A stretch of DNA of 63,057 bases, counting the filler, from Octopus bimaculoides (taxonomy: Eukaryota), in the NCBI RefSeq assembly GCF_001194135.2. It is 4 parts of 4 records of this genome, joined end to end, with 100 filler letters (N's around TTAATTAATTAA, not from the genome) between each part and the next. Parts side by side here need not be neighbours in the genome. Positions count along the whole stretch, not along the records: positions 1 to 20,655 come from NC_068985.1; positions 20,756 to 31,019 come from NC_068996.1; 2 more parts are not named here. One strand, given 5' to 3'. This document shows, piece by piece, positions 13,279-24,201 of the stretch (positions within the stretch are counted from its first letter, which is position 1; the number at the start of each line of letters is the position of its first letter). Position numbers and translations under genes: made by a program. The notes beneath the pieces were generated by a model that did not search any database, was not told the DNA's origin, and saw only the letters and a list, made by a program, of their open reading frames with translations.

Positions 13279-14028
13279 AAACTCGATTCAGTTGTAGAAA
13301 GGGTTCCGTGACGCTTGTGTTTAGACATGTCGTGTCTCGCCTACCAGAAGCACATTCGAATCGATGATTCTAACAAGAACCGATGGTCTTGTTTATAATT
13401 TCAGCGAACGATTTCTTCGTAAATCCGTGCTAATACCTGCCAACCAATAATAGACTGTCAAATACACAGAAATACAAAACGGAATGGACAGAAACGCTCT
13501 CGATTATAGGCCGACATGATGAGGACTAACATGGGGGATAAACGACAGCTGCAATAGACAAACCGACGACGAGGCTTTCTTGTATTCGTTTGATATGGTA
13601 GAAATAATAGCCAAATCTCCTTGAAGTAGCACTCCGCGGTCTTCAGATAGGAAACTTACATCGGAGCGTATTATCGTAGATATATTGTGTTTGAAACAAA
13701 TGGTGAAGGTCGTGGCTGGATTCCATTTTGACTTTCGCCCTGCTTAGTTTCTGTACTTCTTACAGACTAACCGAAAACAACCGATTTACTTTTCCTTCAG
13801 CTATAGGAGGTTGGATGTTCTCAACACACGTTAAATATGTCATAAGAAGAAGACTATTTGTAATCACTGTTCTAAATTATTGAACTTCTAAGAAGAGGAA
13901 ACAGTTATTGATCAGTACAGGCAATTCAAATAGGTTCTAGCCATGGACATTAAAGTAGAATTGCTGACGAAGGAGGGCAGCGTTACGGCGATGCAGCACT
14001 AAGAGACCACTATTTTACACTAGTCTAA

Positions 14029-14503
14029 GGCGGGGAGCTGGCAGAAACGTTAGCACGCCAGGCGAACTGCTTTACGGTATTTCGTCTGTTTTTTACGTTC
14101 TGAGTTCAAATTTCGCCGAGGTCGACTTTGCCTTTCATCCTTTCGGAGTCGATAAATTAATTAGCAGTTACGCACTTAATCCCTTTGTCTGTCCTTGTTT
14201 GTCCCCCTCTGTGTTTAGCCCCTTGTGGGCAATAAAGAAATAAGAAACGTTAGCACGCCGGGCGAAATGCTTAGCGGTATTTCGTCTGTCTTTACGTTAT
14301 GAGTTCAAATTCCGCCAAGGTCGACTTTGCTTTTNNNNNNNNNNNNNNNNNNNNNNNNNNNNNNNNNNNNNNNNNNNNNNNNNNNNNNNNAGGGTCGATA
14401 AATTATGTACCAGTTGTGTACTGGGGCGATCTAATTGACTGACGCCCTCCCCCAAAATTTCGTGCCTCGTGCTTAGATTCGAAAAGAAAGAAAGAAAGAA
14501 AGA
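14029..14503 (+). mobile_element. SINE family C dimer, full length (contains a short N gap)
   Basis: Monomer 1 ends ...GGGCAATAAAGAAATAAGAA; monomer 2 starts ACGTTAGCACG at 14247 and ends in a different tail plus (GAAA)n. Confidence 0.85.
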
Positions 14504-14805
14504 TTATGTTTTACTCGTCTATAAGTAAATCCTCAAGCTCTCCGTTTACGATCTGTTATGAGATTTCAATACTTGTCTCGTTCTGAATTTCGTTCAAAAG
14601 GAATTTTCTCTACAAGAGAACAATTTAAAAGCACAAGTGGAGCTTTACGGTGCCATTATAACTCCACTTTCTCATAAGTCACACATAAAATAATTCATAA
14701 GGAAAGTCAAGGGGCCGAGGGAATTTGTTCAAATAACGGAATATCACCGAGAACTTCACCCACGTTCGGTTTCACCCGGGCTCGCGCCCCATTATTATTG
14801 GTATC

Positions 14806-15250
14806 AGATTTCGGCACAAGGCTAGCAATTTCGGAGCAAGATAAGTCGATTACATCGACTCCAGTGATCAACTGGTGCTTAATTTATAGGTCTCGATAGA
14901 ATAAAAGGCAAAGTCGAACCCCAGTGGAATTTGAACCTAGAACGTAAAGACGGACGAAATATCGTTAAGCATTTTGCACGGTGTGCTAACCATTCTGCCA
15001 CCTTGCCGCCTTTAGCATCATTAATATTGATATCAAATTTTGTCTCAAGACCACCAATTTCGAGGCCTGGGTCCAATCGATTAGATTGCCCCCTCCTCCA
15101 TCCCCTGTTTAACTTGTGCTTATTTTATCGACCGCAAAACGATGAAAGACGAAGTCGATATCAGCGGAATTTGAACGCATAACGTAACAACCGACGAAGT
15201 GCCGCAAAGCATTTTGCTCGGCGTGGAAACGATTCTGCCAGCTTGCTGTC
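14806..15250 (-). mobile_element. Two adjacent diverged SINE family C monomers
   Basis: Two head+core units, about 14806-15010 and 15040-15250. Confidence 0.75.
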
Positions 15251-15920
15251 TTTTAAAGACCATTAATATTATCACCAACACGCGACTAACAACCCCAATA
15301 ACAACAGCAACATCAATAGAAACTAACAAAATTATAAGTACCGAACACGACCGAATTATACAATAAAACGTAAAAGAACGCAGAACAACCCCACCGATAC
15401 AACAATAACAGAAAGCATCGTACTGTCGGCGATCTTTTGTTGGTTACAAATAACATGAACAAACCTCACTGCAATGTTTCTGAGTTGTTCAAACGGGTNN
15501 NNNNNNNNNNNNNNNNNNNNNNNNNNNNNNNNNNNNNNNNNNNNNNNNNNNNNNNNNNNNNNNNNNNNNNNNNNNNNNNNNNNNNNNNNNNNNNNNNNNN
15601 NNNNNNNNNNNNNNNNNNNNNNNNNNNNNNNNNNNNNNNNNNNNNNNNNNNNNNNNNNNNNNNNNNNNNNNNNNNNNNNNNNNNNNNNNNNNNNNNNNNN
15701 NNNNNNNNNNNNNNNNNNNNNNNNNNNNNNNNNNNNNNNNNNNNNNNNNNNNNNNNNNNNNNNNNNNNNNNNNNNNNNNNNNNNNNNNNNNNNNNNNNNN
15801 NNNNNNNNNNNNNNNNNNNNNNNNNNNNNNNNNNNNNNNNNNNNNNNNNNNNNNNNNNNNNNNNNNNNNNNNNNNNNNNNNNNNNNNNNNNNNNNNNNNN
15901 NNNNNNNNNNNNNNNNNNNN

Positions 15921-15955
<35 letters not shown>

Positions 15956-15958
15956 TAT

Positions 15959-15992
<34 letters not shown>

Positions 15993-16708
15993 TTATATAC
16001 ATATATATATATACACACACACATATATATATATTATATATATATATATACATACATACATACAAACATGCATATACAAATATATATATTTACATATATA
16101 TTTATGTATATATCTATATGTGTGTGTGTATGTGTGTATGTGTGTATGTGTATATGTATACATGTATACCTGCGTATGTATGTAGTATGTATGTATCTAT
16201 GTATGCGTGTATAAAGTGAACTAAAGTTTTTTCCGGAAATCTAGTGAACTTCAGATGGTGCAAGGAGATAAAATTCCATCGATTTCTTTCAATGGTTCGA
16301 AGACGTGAGAAGTTCTTGTAAGTACACACGTTTCTTTTTCTTCCAGCCTAAAAGGAAGATGGAGTATGTCAATTCTTCTAAAATCACACGATTCAGAAAA
16401 AGGAAGAATATTCGTTAAGTTGATTGTTTTGCTGTTCTTATTATCGTTGTTTTGCCTTATATAGAGCATGATTCAGCTGACTTTTATCAAAAGCTTTCCA
16501 TGCGGCGTAGCCGCTCATTCATCTAATTTCTTTCGAAACGTACTTTATCTAGGACAGTCGTACACAACTGTTTTCTGAGATGCTGTTCATCAGAAATCGA
16601 GCTACCCCACTAAGATATTAAATCAAGAAACACTGTAAGACGTTCAGAGCACACTGAGAAATTTTGAATGAGAAAAGAGAACGAAAAAAAAGCGATGTTC
16701 TAAAAGTC

Positions 16709-16798
16709 ATGTTACAAAATGTTATGTTACAAAATGTTATGTTACAAAATGTTATGTTACAAAATGTTATGTTACAAAATATTATGTTACAAAATGTT
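16709..16798. repeat. 15-bp minisatellite (ATGTTACAAAATGTT) x6
   Basis: Six units at 15-bp spacing with one substitution. Confidence 0.95.
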
Positions 16799-17365
16799 AG
16801 TAAAGCGTTATGCTTATATTGTACCAGGGTGACGAGCGTTGGAAATCTATGAACGATAGTCAAATTGTTTCTAGCTGGTTACTTCGGTCAATTTATTACG
16901 AAAAAGAAGGAATAATTGAATAAAATACTTCATTTTTAAGATTTAATGCATAATAAAATAAACAACTATATTAATTAGCGTGTACAGTATAATAGATCTA
17001 TTGCAGACGATCTTACTAGTCGGTTTTGCACAGGATATTAGGTAATCGGATGATTATGTAATAACTGCTCTCATCAGAATGGGCTGGTATGGAAAATATT
17101 GTGACTTCTATCTCGGCCAACTTTGATGAGCGCAGCTATTAAATACTCGTTTGATTACTTGATAAGTTTTCAGAAACGATTCGTAAAATTGGGTGTAAGG
17201 GATTAATACTTTTGATTAATATGCGTAGCCTATTGACAAATATAAGGGTATCCATTTTTTCCTGGCTTATGGATTCTTAAATGACCTCTGTTCGGGTCGA
17301 TTTGTTCGACAAAGCTCTTCAAGGTGGTTCCCTGCAGATAAGTGTGTATGTGTGTGTATGTACAA

Positions 17366-17686
17366 CAGGCACGTGACTTAGCGGTTAGGGCGTTTGGCTC
17401 ACGATGGTAAGGTCGTGAGTTCAATTCCTGGCGACGCGTTGTGTCCTTGAGAAAGACACTTTATTTCACGCTGCTCCAGTCTACTTAGCTGGCAAAAATG
17501 AGTAGTATCTGTATTTCAAAGGGCCAACCTTGTCACGTTCTGTGTCATGTTGATGCACCTTGAGAACTACGTTAAGGGTACACGTATCTGTAGAGTGCTA
17601 GCCACTTGCACGTTAATTTCACGAGCAAGCTGTTCCATTGATCGTATCAGCTGGGACCCTCGTCATCGCAACCGACGGAATGGTCC
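17366..17686 (+). mobile_element. tRNA-derived SINE, family B variant 2 (CORE-like middle)
   Basis: GAGTTCAATTCC B-box; TGTGTCCTTGAGAAAGACACTT CORE-like segment; 3' module shared with 6387 copy. Confidence 0.8.
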
Positions 17687-17932
17687 TTCTACAACATTAT
17701 ATAAAAGAAGTTAAACATATGAACCTTTCTATTCTCAATTACGTATCAACACAATGCAAACAGTGAAAATATTATGATGTTTAATTGCCTTTGATGAGAA
17801 TAAGGGGTAGCGTGGTCAAAAAAGTGTGAGAGAGATAAGAGACAAGGAAAGGGAGCGATAAACCTAGACATTGCCAGTTAGATGACATTACTTGCACCTC
17901 AGAAACATCATAAAGTGCCACATGTGACTTGA

Positions 17933-18275
17933 TTATCGACTCCGAAAGAATGAAAGGCAAAGTCGACCTCGGCGAAATTTGAACTCAGAACTTAACAGCA
18001 AACCAAATACCGCTAAGCATTTCGCCCGACGTGGTAACGTTTCTTATTTCTTTATTTCTCACAAGGGGCTAAACATAGAGTGGACAAACAAGGACACACA
18101 AAGGTATTAAGTTGATTACATCGAACCTAGTGCGTAACTGCTACTTAATTTATCGACCCCGAAAGGATGAAAGGCAAAGTCGACCTCGGTGTAATTTGAA
18201 CTCAGAACGTAACGGCAAACGAAATACCACTAAGCATATCGGCCGGTGTACTAACGTTTCTGCCAACTCACCGCC
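17933..18275 (-). mobile_element. SINE family C dimer (partial)
   Basis: Same dimer junction as 14029 copy. Confidence 0.8.
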
Positions 18276-18933
18276 TTATAGACTGTTATTTCTAAGCAGT
18301 CGAGTAACATGTAGACTTCTTAACTGGTTCAACGCTTAGGTTATATGCTAAGGTTGAAGTAGTGCCGAGAGCGCTTGATTGTTGCTAATAATGAACTAAA
18401 AACTTGGAATTAATCTCCTACCTTGACTCGGATCGGTTATTTAGATAAGGTATCGAGAGAAGCAACTGATATTAGAAAGGTAATTCGTAATTAAGCCAAA
18501 AGAGTATATCGAACATGGTAAACCTTAGAGCCTAATTCAAATATCTAATTTGTAACAACAAAGAGACATTATGAAAATCTTATTATTGAAACCGAGAAGT
18601 CAAAAATGTCAAGTTCACCTGTTCTTGTTGATGAACATTTGAATTGACAGACGACAGGGAACGGTCTAAGTCCTGTAAATCGAGACGAATTTTTATTACT
18701 GAAAAACAGCCGCCAGTACCTGCAGACGAAACTTTCAAGCTTATAATTATATTTAAAACTGCTGTCATACTTATGTAACAAAAAATAAATTGTTCTCGGT
18801 ATCAAATTGCTTTCTTAGAGATGTAATTTTAATTCTTTCTGGCGTCCTATCACTCAATTCGTGCATGTGTTTGAAAAATATCTACACAAGTTCTTGCTTG
18901 TTTGCAAACCGGGTATAGCAGTTTCATGTAAAA

Positions 18934-18978
<45 letters not shown>

Positions 18979-19089
18979 TCTCAACTCAAGTTCGCAACAC
19001 AGAACTTTACTGTCTTCGGGAAGCTTACTTTGAAGCTTGCAATAACGTTTTTCGAAATAGCATATTTATACTATACATTATTTATATTA

Positions 19090-19342
19090 TTTACATTTGA
19101 CGGATATTTGTCCTCATCTTGTTTGTTGTTAACACAACGTTTCAGTTGATATACCCTCCAACCTCCATCAGGTGCCATGGGGAAATTTCGAACCTGGGTT
19201 CTCATTCCTCAGGTAATTTTTCGATCTTGTAATTGTTATTATTATTATTATTATTATTATCATTATTCAGGTCACTGCCTTGAATTGAACTCGAAATCTT
19301 GGGCTTAGTAGCCCGCGCTCTTAACCACTATGCCGTATGTCC
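19090..19342 (-). mobile_element. SINE family D: tRNA head + (AAT)n + hammerhead-bearing tail
   Basis: Head GGCATAGTGGTTAAGAGCGCGGGCTACTAA...GAGTTCAATTC; AAT run; tail homologous to 20830-20990 and 35931-36060. Confidence 0.8.
19132..19175 (-). ncRNA. Minimal hammerhead motif (core reads CUGAUGG)
   Basis: GCAC-CUGAUGG-A-GGUUG-N10-CAACU-GAAAC-GUU-GUGU. Confidence 0.6.
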
Positions 19343-20605
19343 TGTAATATCTATACGATGTATTTAAAGAAGACTTGCTGCTCTAGAATGTTCTGCTGAT
19401 CGTTTTGACTATCGCTGATAATGACGATTGTGATTATTTTTGTTGTTGTTTAACTCTAAGCCAATCCTGATCCGGCATATTTAAAATCAAAGAGCATTCC
19501 AGCTGTGAACGTCCCGTCTTTTAGGGACTTGTGGGACCATTACCTAAGATATTAAATTTCTGAATTACAGTGGTATTAAAGGACTTGAAGAAGATTCGGT
19601 TGCTATTTCTAACCGGCGAAGCGATCAGACGCAGTTTGTAATTGATAATGTTGAATGACAACATAACATTGTTAATGAATCCTATGGGATTCGTGTTGTG
19701 TCCTGACAAGTCGTATTTCAGTGAGTCTTGATAAGATATCGAATAAAACAGAATCACAGAGACAAAGCAACACGCTTAGTAAATAATCTTGATGAGGGAT
19801 AGCAGTTGTTCAAGAGTTGAAATAGCAAATAAGTATTCTTTCAATAATCTTTAATACCTTCTCTTTATTCCATAACGGCTTCTATTTTATCTAAACCAAC
19901 AAACTGCACACCCTCTCCGCCAGTTCTCTTAATACTTTCTCCTGTCTTTGTCGTATATCTGATTATCATAACTCAGCTTATAACACTTCTCTTAATCCTT
20001 TCTTCCAATACTGCATTCTTCTCGAAGTTTCTATCTGTAAAATTCCGCCTTGTGAACACCAACCAAAGTGCAGGTGTTTAAACAGAACATCACTTGCATC
20101 GTCCTTGCCAGACTTGCAGAGTCTGCAAAGGTTAATTGCACAGTGCTGCATCTTTTAGCTAAATGATAACAAAGAAGATATTTAAAGTTGGCAGGATATT
20201 TATTATATATTTAACTCTGCGCAGAAGAATAACTGGCATTACTGATAATCTGAAGTTATCAATGAAACTGGAGAGTGAAGAATTTCAATTGTATAATAGT
20301 TTCCATTTAGAGAGACATTTAAATTTTCATTTTAACACGAGTTGATAAAACAGAGAATTGCTTTCTGCATTTGTTCTTTAACAAGCTACAATAATGAGGA
20401 AAACCTAATGAAGGTAGTGATATTGTGTGAAAAATAATAAACTGAAAAATAGGCTACAAAACCAGTGACTGTGGATTATGAAGAACCACCGTACAATGCG
20501 GCGAGATGTAATAACAACATTTCTTCCTGCAGAACTAGATTCAACAATATACAAATGCCATATATCAAGAATTTCCGACGCACATGCAAGCATGCACGCA
20601 CGCTT

Positions 20606-20655
<50 letters not shown>

Positions 20656-20755
20656 NNNNNNNNNNNNNNNNNNNNNNNNNNNNNNNNNNNNNNNNNNNNT
20701 TAATTAATTAANNNNNNNNNNNNNNNNNNNNNNNNNNNNNNNNNNNNNNNNNNNN
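20656..20755. other. Assembly linker: 44 N + TTAATTAATTAA + 44 N (also 31020-31119 and 55989-56088)
   Basis: Identical 100-bp geometry three times; the 12-mer has stops in all six frames. Confidence 0.95.
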
Positions 20756-20844
<89 letters not shown>

Positions 20845-20995
20845 CATCGAAAAATACCTTAGAAATGAGAACCCAGGTTCGAAATTTCCCCAAGACACCT
20901 GATGAAGGTTGGAGGGTATATCAGCCAAAACATTGTGTTAACAACAAAAAAGATGAGGACAAACATCCGTCAAATGTAAATAATGTACATAATGT
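20756..20995 (+). mobile_element. SINE family D copy (head presumably lost in gap)
   Basis: (AAT)n followed by tail homologous to 19090 copy; ends in 9-bp tandem TGTAAATAA variants. Confidence 0.75.
20895..20938 (+). ncRNA. Minimal hammerhead motif (GAAAC-GUU decayed to AAAAC-AUU)
   Basis: ACAC-CUGAUGA-A-GGUUG-N10-CAGCC-AAAAC-AUU-GUGU; both changes lie at CpG positions of the consensus. Confidence 0.6.
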
Positions 20996-21389
20996 ACACA
21001 ATTCCTCATCTCTTTGATTATAGAACTGCAAGCAAATTATGTTACCCACTAATATACCAAACAAATATATATCTGCTTTGTAAAACAGCTGAGCTGTTCA
21101 AATTAATCACTGAATGAAACCGGGTCCTTCTTATTTGCAGTGAAGTCAAAGGAAAGTGTGAAGTGATCGTCTGGATCAAAGTGTTGTACTCGCGATAGAA
21201 AGACCGTGGTTTTGATTACTGAACCGAGCGCAAAACCATCCCATCTAACGTTACTTCAAGCTACTCGGCCGTAAATGAGTAGCCCAGAGACGAACTGGGG
21301 GGTCCCGTTCAGTGAGGAATATACGCCATGGAAAGTGAGTAATCAGCTCTGTAGGTCATGGGACTCAAGACGGTAAAGTCCAAGGGTTG

Positions 21390-21436
21390 ATGATGGTGAA
21401 GATGATGAAGATGATGATGATAATGATGATGATGAT

Positions 21437-21471
<35 letters not shown>

Positions 21472-21489
21472 TAATGTTGATGATGATGT

Positions 21490-21522
<33 letters not shown>

Positions 21523-22030
21523 CGACGATGATGATGACGACGACGACGACGACGACGAAGACGACGACGACGAAGACGACGACGACGAAGACGACGACNN
21601 NNNNNNNNNNNNNNNNNNNNNNNNNNNNNNNNNNNNNNNNNNNNNNNNNNNNNNNNNNNNNNNNNNNNNNNNNNNNNNNNNNNNNNNNNNNNNNNNNNNN
21701 NNNNNNNNNNNNNNNNNNNNNNNNNNNNNNNNNNNNNNNNNNNNNNNNNNNNNNNNNNNNNNNNNNNNNNNNNNNNNNNNNNNNNNNNNNNNNNNNNNNN
21801 NNNNNNNNNNNNNNNNNNNNNNNNNNNNNNNNNNNNNNNNNNNNNNNNNNNNNNNNNNNNNNNNNNNNNNNNNNNNNNNNNNNNNNNNNNNNNNNNNNNN
21901 NNNNNNNNNNNNNNNNNNNNNNNNNNNNNNNNNNNNNNNNNNNNNNNNNNNNNNNNNCGACGACGACGATGAAGACGACGACGACGATGAAGACGACGAC
22001 GACGATGAAGACGACGACGACGATGATGAT
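21390..22030. repeat. Compound GAT/GAC trinucleotide array with 15-bp higher-order unit, spanning a gap
   Basis: Direct reading. Confidence 0.9.
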
Positions 22031-22085
22031 AAAGGTGATGGCTTGCATAGAAGGAATGTGTTTGCACTTTTATTTGACCTACAAT

Positions 22086-22297
22086 GCGGCTTTCTACTGC
22101 TGAAATTTATTTCAGTTCCGATTTACGCTGCGATGTGCGGCATTTCGTCCATCTGTACGTTCTGAGTTCAAATTCCACCGACGTTGACTTTGCCAATCAT
22201 CCTTTCGGGGTCAATAAAGTACCAGCTCAACACTGGGTCGATGTAATCGACTTCACTCTCCCCTCAAATTTCAGGCCTTGTGCCTATAGTACAAAGG
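22086..22297 (+). mobile_element. SINE family C monomer followed by (ATT)n
   Basis: Core and tail match other family C copies. Confidence 0.75.
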
Positions 22298-22307
22298 ATT
22301 ATTATTA

Positions 22308-22365
<58 letters not shown>

Positions 22366-22399
22366 CATTATCATTGTTGTTGTTGTTGTTGTTGTTGTT

Positions 22400-23000
22400 G
22401 CTTTTGTTATTCAGTATCACTTCACTACCGAGTGCAGCTCTGTGTGCCTTGGGTATGTGCTGTGGTTTGCTGTGATGCTCTTATGGTTACTGTATTGAAA
22501 GTGTTTTGCGTAGGATGTGTGCAGTGCCCAGTAGTGCAATTTTCTGTATGTTATATATATTTGTAAGTCCTGGTGTTTTTGTTATGTATTTGTCTGAATA
22601 TTTTTTTATCATACCTAATGCGCCTACTACAATAAGAATTGTTTCTGTTTTTAGATTCCACATTCGAGTTACCTCTATTTCCAGGTCTTTGTACTTTGAA
22701 AGTTTCTCCGTTTCTTTTAGAAAAATATTGTCATCTGCTGGTATTGATACATCAATTAGAAAGCATTTTTTTTCTTCATGATCTCTGACAACTATATCTG
22801 GCATATTGGCCTTAATTTCTCTATCTGTGTGTATTAGCATATCCCAGAGTATGGTTGCTTTCTCATTTTCTGTGATCTTTCCTGGCGTGTGCCTATACCA
22901 TCTTTTCTTATTGTCATTCCACATTGTTCACATAGCTTCCAGTGTTTATATGTTGGCATAGCTTCCAGTGTAGATGTGTTGGCATAGTTTCTAATGTATA
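22400..23000 (-). mobile_element. 5'-truncated R4/Dong-type non-LTR retrotransposon (restriction-like endonuclease domain + 3' UTR)
   Basis: ILWD...ANMPDIVVRD...FLIDVSIP...KLSKYKDLEIE...IVVGALG...LLGTAHILRK is the PD-(D/E)xK RLE signature; flanked by AAT/AAC/ATC repeats. Confidence 0.85.
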
Positions 23001-23005
23001 TTATT

Positions 23006-23046
<41 letters not shown>

Positions 23047-23074
23047 TATTATTATCGTAATTATTTTTCAGGTG

Positions 23075-23285
23075 ACTTGTTGGCAAAATCGTTAACACTC
23101 CGAACAAAATGCTTAGCGTAATTTCGTCCGTTTTTTTATTTTCTAATTTCAAATTCCGTCGAGATAGATTTTTGCCTTTCATCCTTCTGGAGTCAATAAA
23201 ATAAGTACCAGGTAAAAACTGTGGATCGATGTAATCCACTTCTCCTCTCCTCAAAATCTGCTGGCCCTGTGCCAAAATTTGAAAC
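23075..23285 (+). mobile_element. SINE family C monomer, diverged
   Basis: Head, core and tail recognisable. Confidence 0.7.
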
Positions 23286-23536
23286 CTGTAAATTGCAAGA
23301 GAAGGATTTATGGCTAAAGAGAATCACAACGACGATCGAAACTAGTTCAATCGATTCAAAGCCAACGGTTTATAACTACTCTGTGTATGAAATTAATTTT
23401 AATGTTCTTACATATTCATTCTGGGTTTAAATTGTAGGTTTGTTTCGTACTATGTGACAACATCAAAAGCGAACACCGCTGAAAGTGTCGGCTTAAAGAA
23501 ATAAGTATATAAATAAACAATAAAGGAAAGAAACGA

Positions 23537-23591
23537 GGAAGGAAGGAAGGAAGGAAGGAAGGAAGGAAGGAAGGAAGGAAGGAAGGAAGGA

Positions 23592-23659
<68 letters not shown>

Positions 23660-23661
23660 AA
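23537..23661. repeat. (GGAA)n(GAAA)n tetranucleotide microsatellite
   Basis: Direct reading. Confidence 0.95.
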
Positions 23662-23689
23662 AATGATGATCCTTTTTGGTTCTTTGTCA

Positions 23690-24125
23690 CCTTTCTCTTC
23701 AAAGTAAGATAGTTTTCTTCACGTTTTCTACGATGAATAGTAGATGGAAATCTGTTGGTTGAGGTTAGCTTCATTCAAGCGATGTGCAATCCAAACATCG
23801 AACTTGCTGAAGAAACCAAGTTGATGCAGATAGTTTTCAATACTCGAGTTGGATATTTGGAGAATATCTGCGATCACCCTAGTCGTATAACGGGGTTTGG
23901 TATCGACTAACTTCCTCACTTTGTCGTTGAGCGAGGTGCATCTTGAACCAAAGAACTTCCAGATCGAAATCTTAAAAAAATTACTTCTGGCACACACGTT
24001 TCCGTAACAGCATCTTCTCCGTATACATCACCTATATTCCTGCAGATTTCCGCTGCTTTCTTACCTTAGCTATTTTTTTTTTTTTTTAAGCATGAGGTGC
24101 CGATAATGTTCGTTTGGGTTCCCTA
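23690..24125 (-). pseudogene. Degenerate mariner transposase N-terminal fragment
   Basis: HYRHLML...GKKAAEICRNIGDVYGEDAV...RYTTRVIADILQIS...HQLGFFSKFDVWIAHRL (WVPHEL-like linker), with frameshifts. Confidence 0.8.
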
Positions 24126-24201
24126 CTTTCGGGGCGATCTCAAGTACACAAAATACAAACTACGGGGCGGGTGCTGATCCCAAGCACACAAAATACAACT
24201 A

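Noticed and set aside
20700-20711. Palindromic TTAATTAATTAA recurring three times inside gaps
   Set aside because: Always 44 N + 12-mer + 44 N; a six-frame-stop scaffolding linker, not biology.
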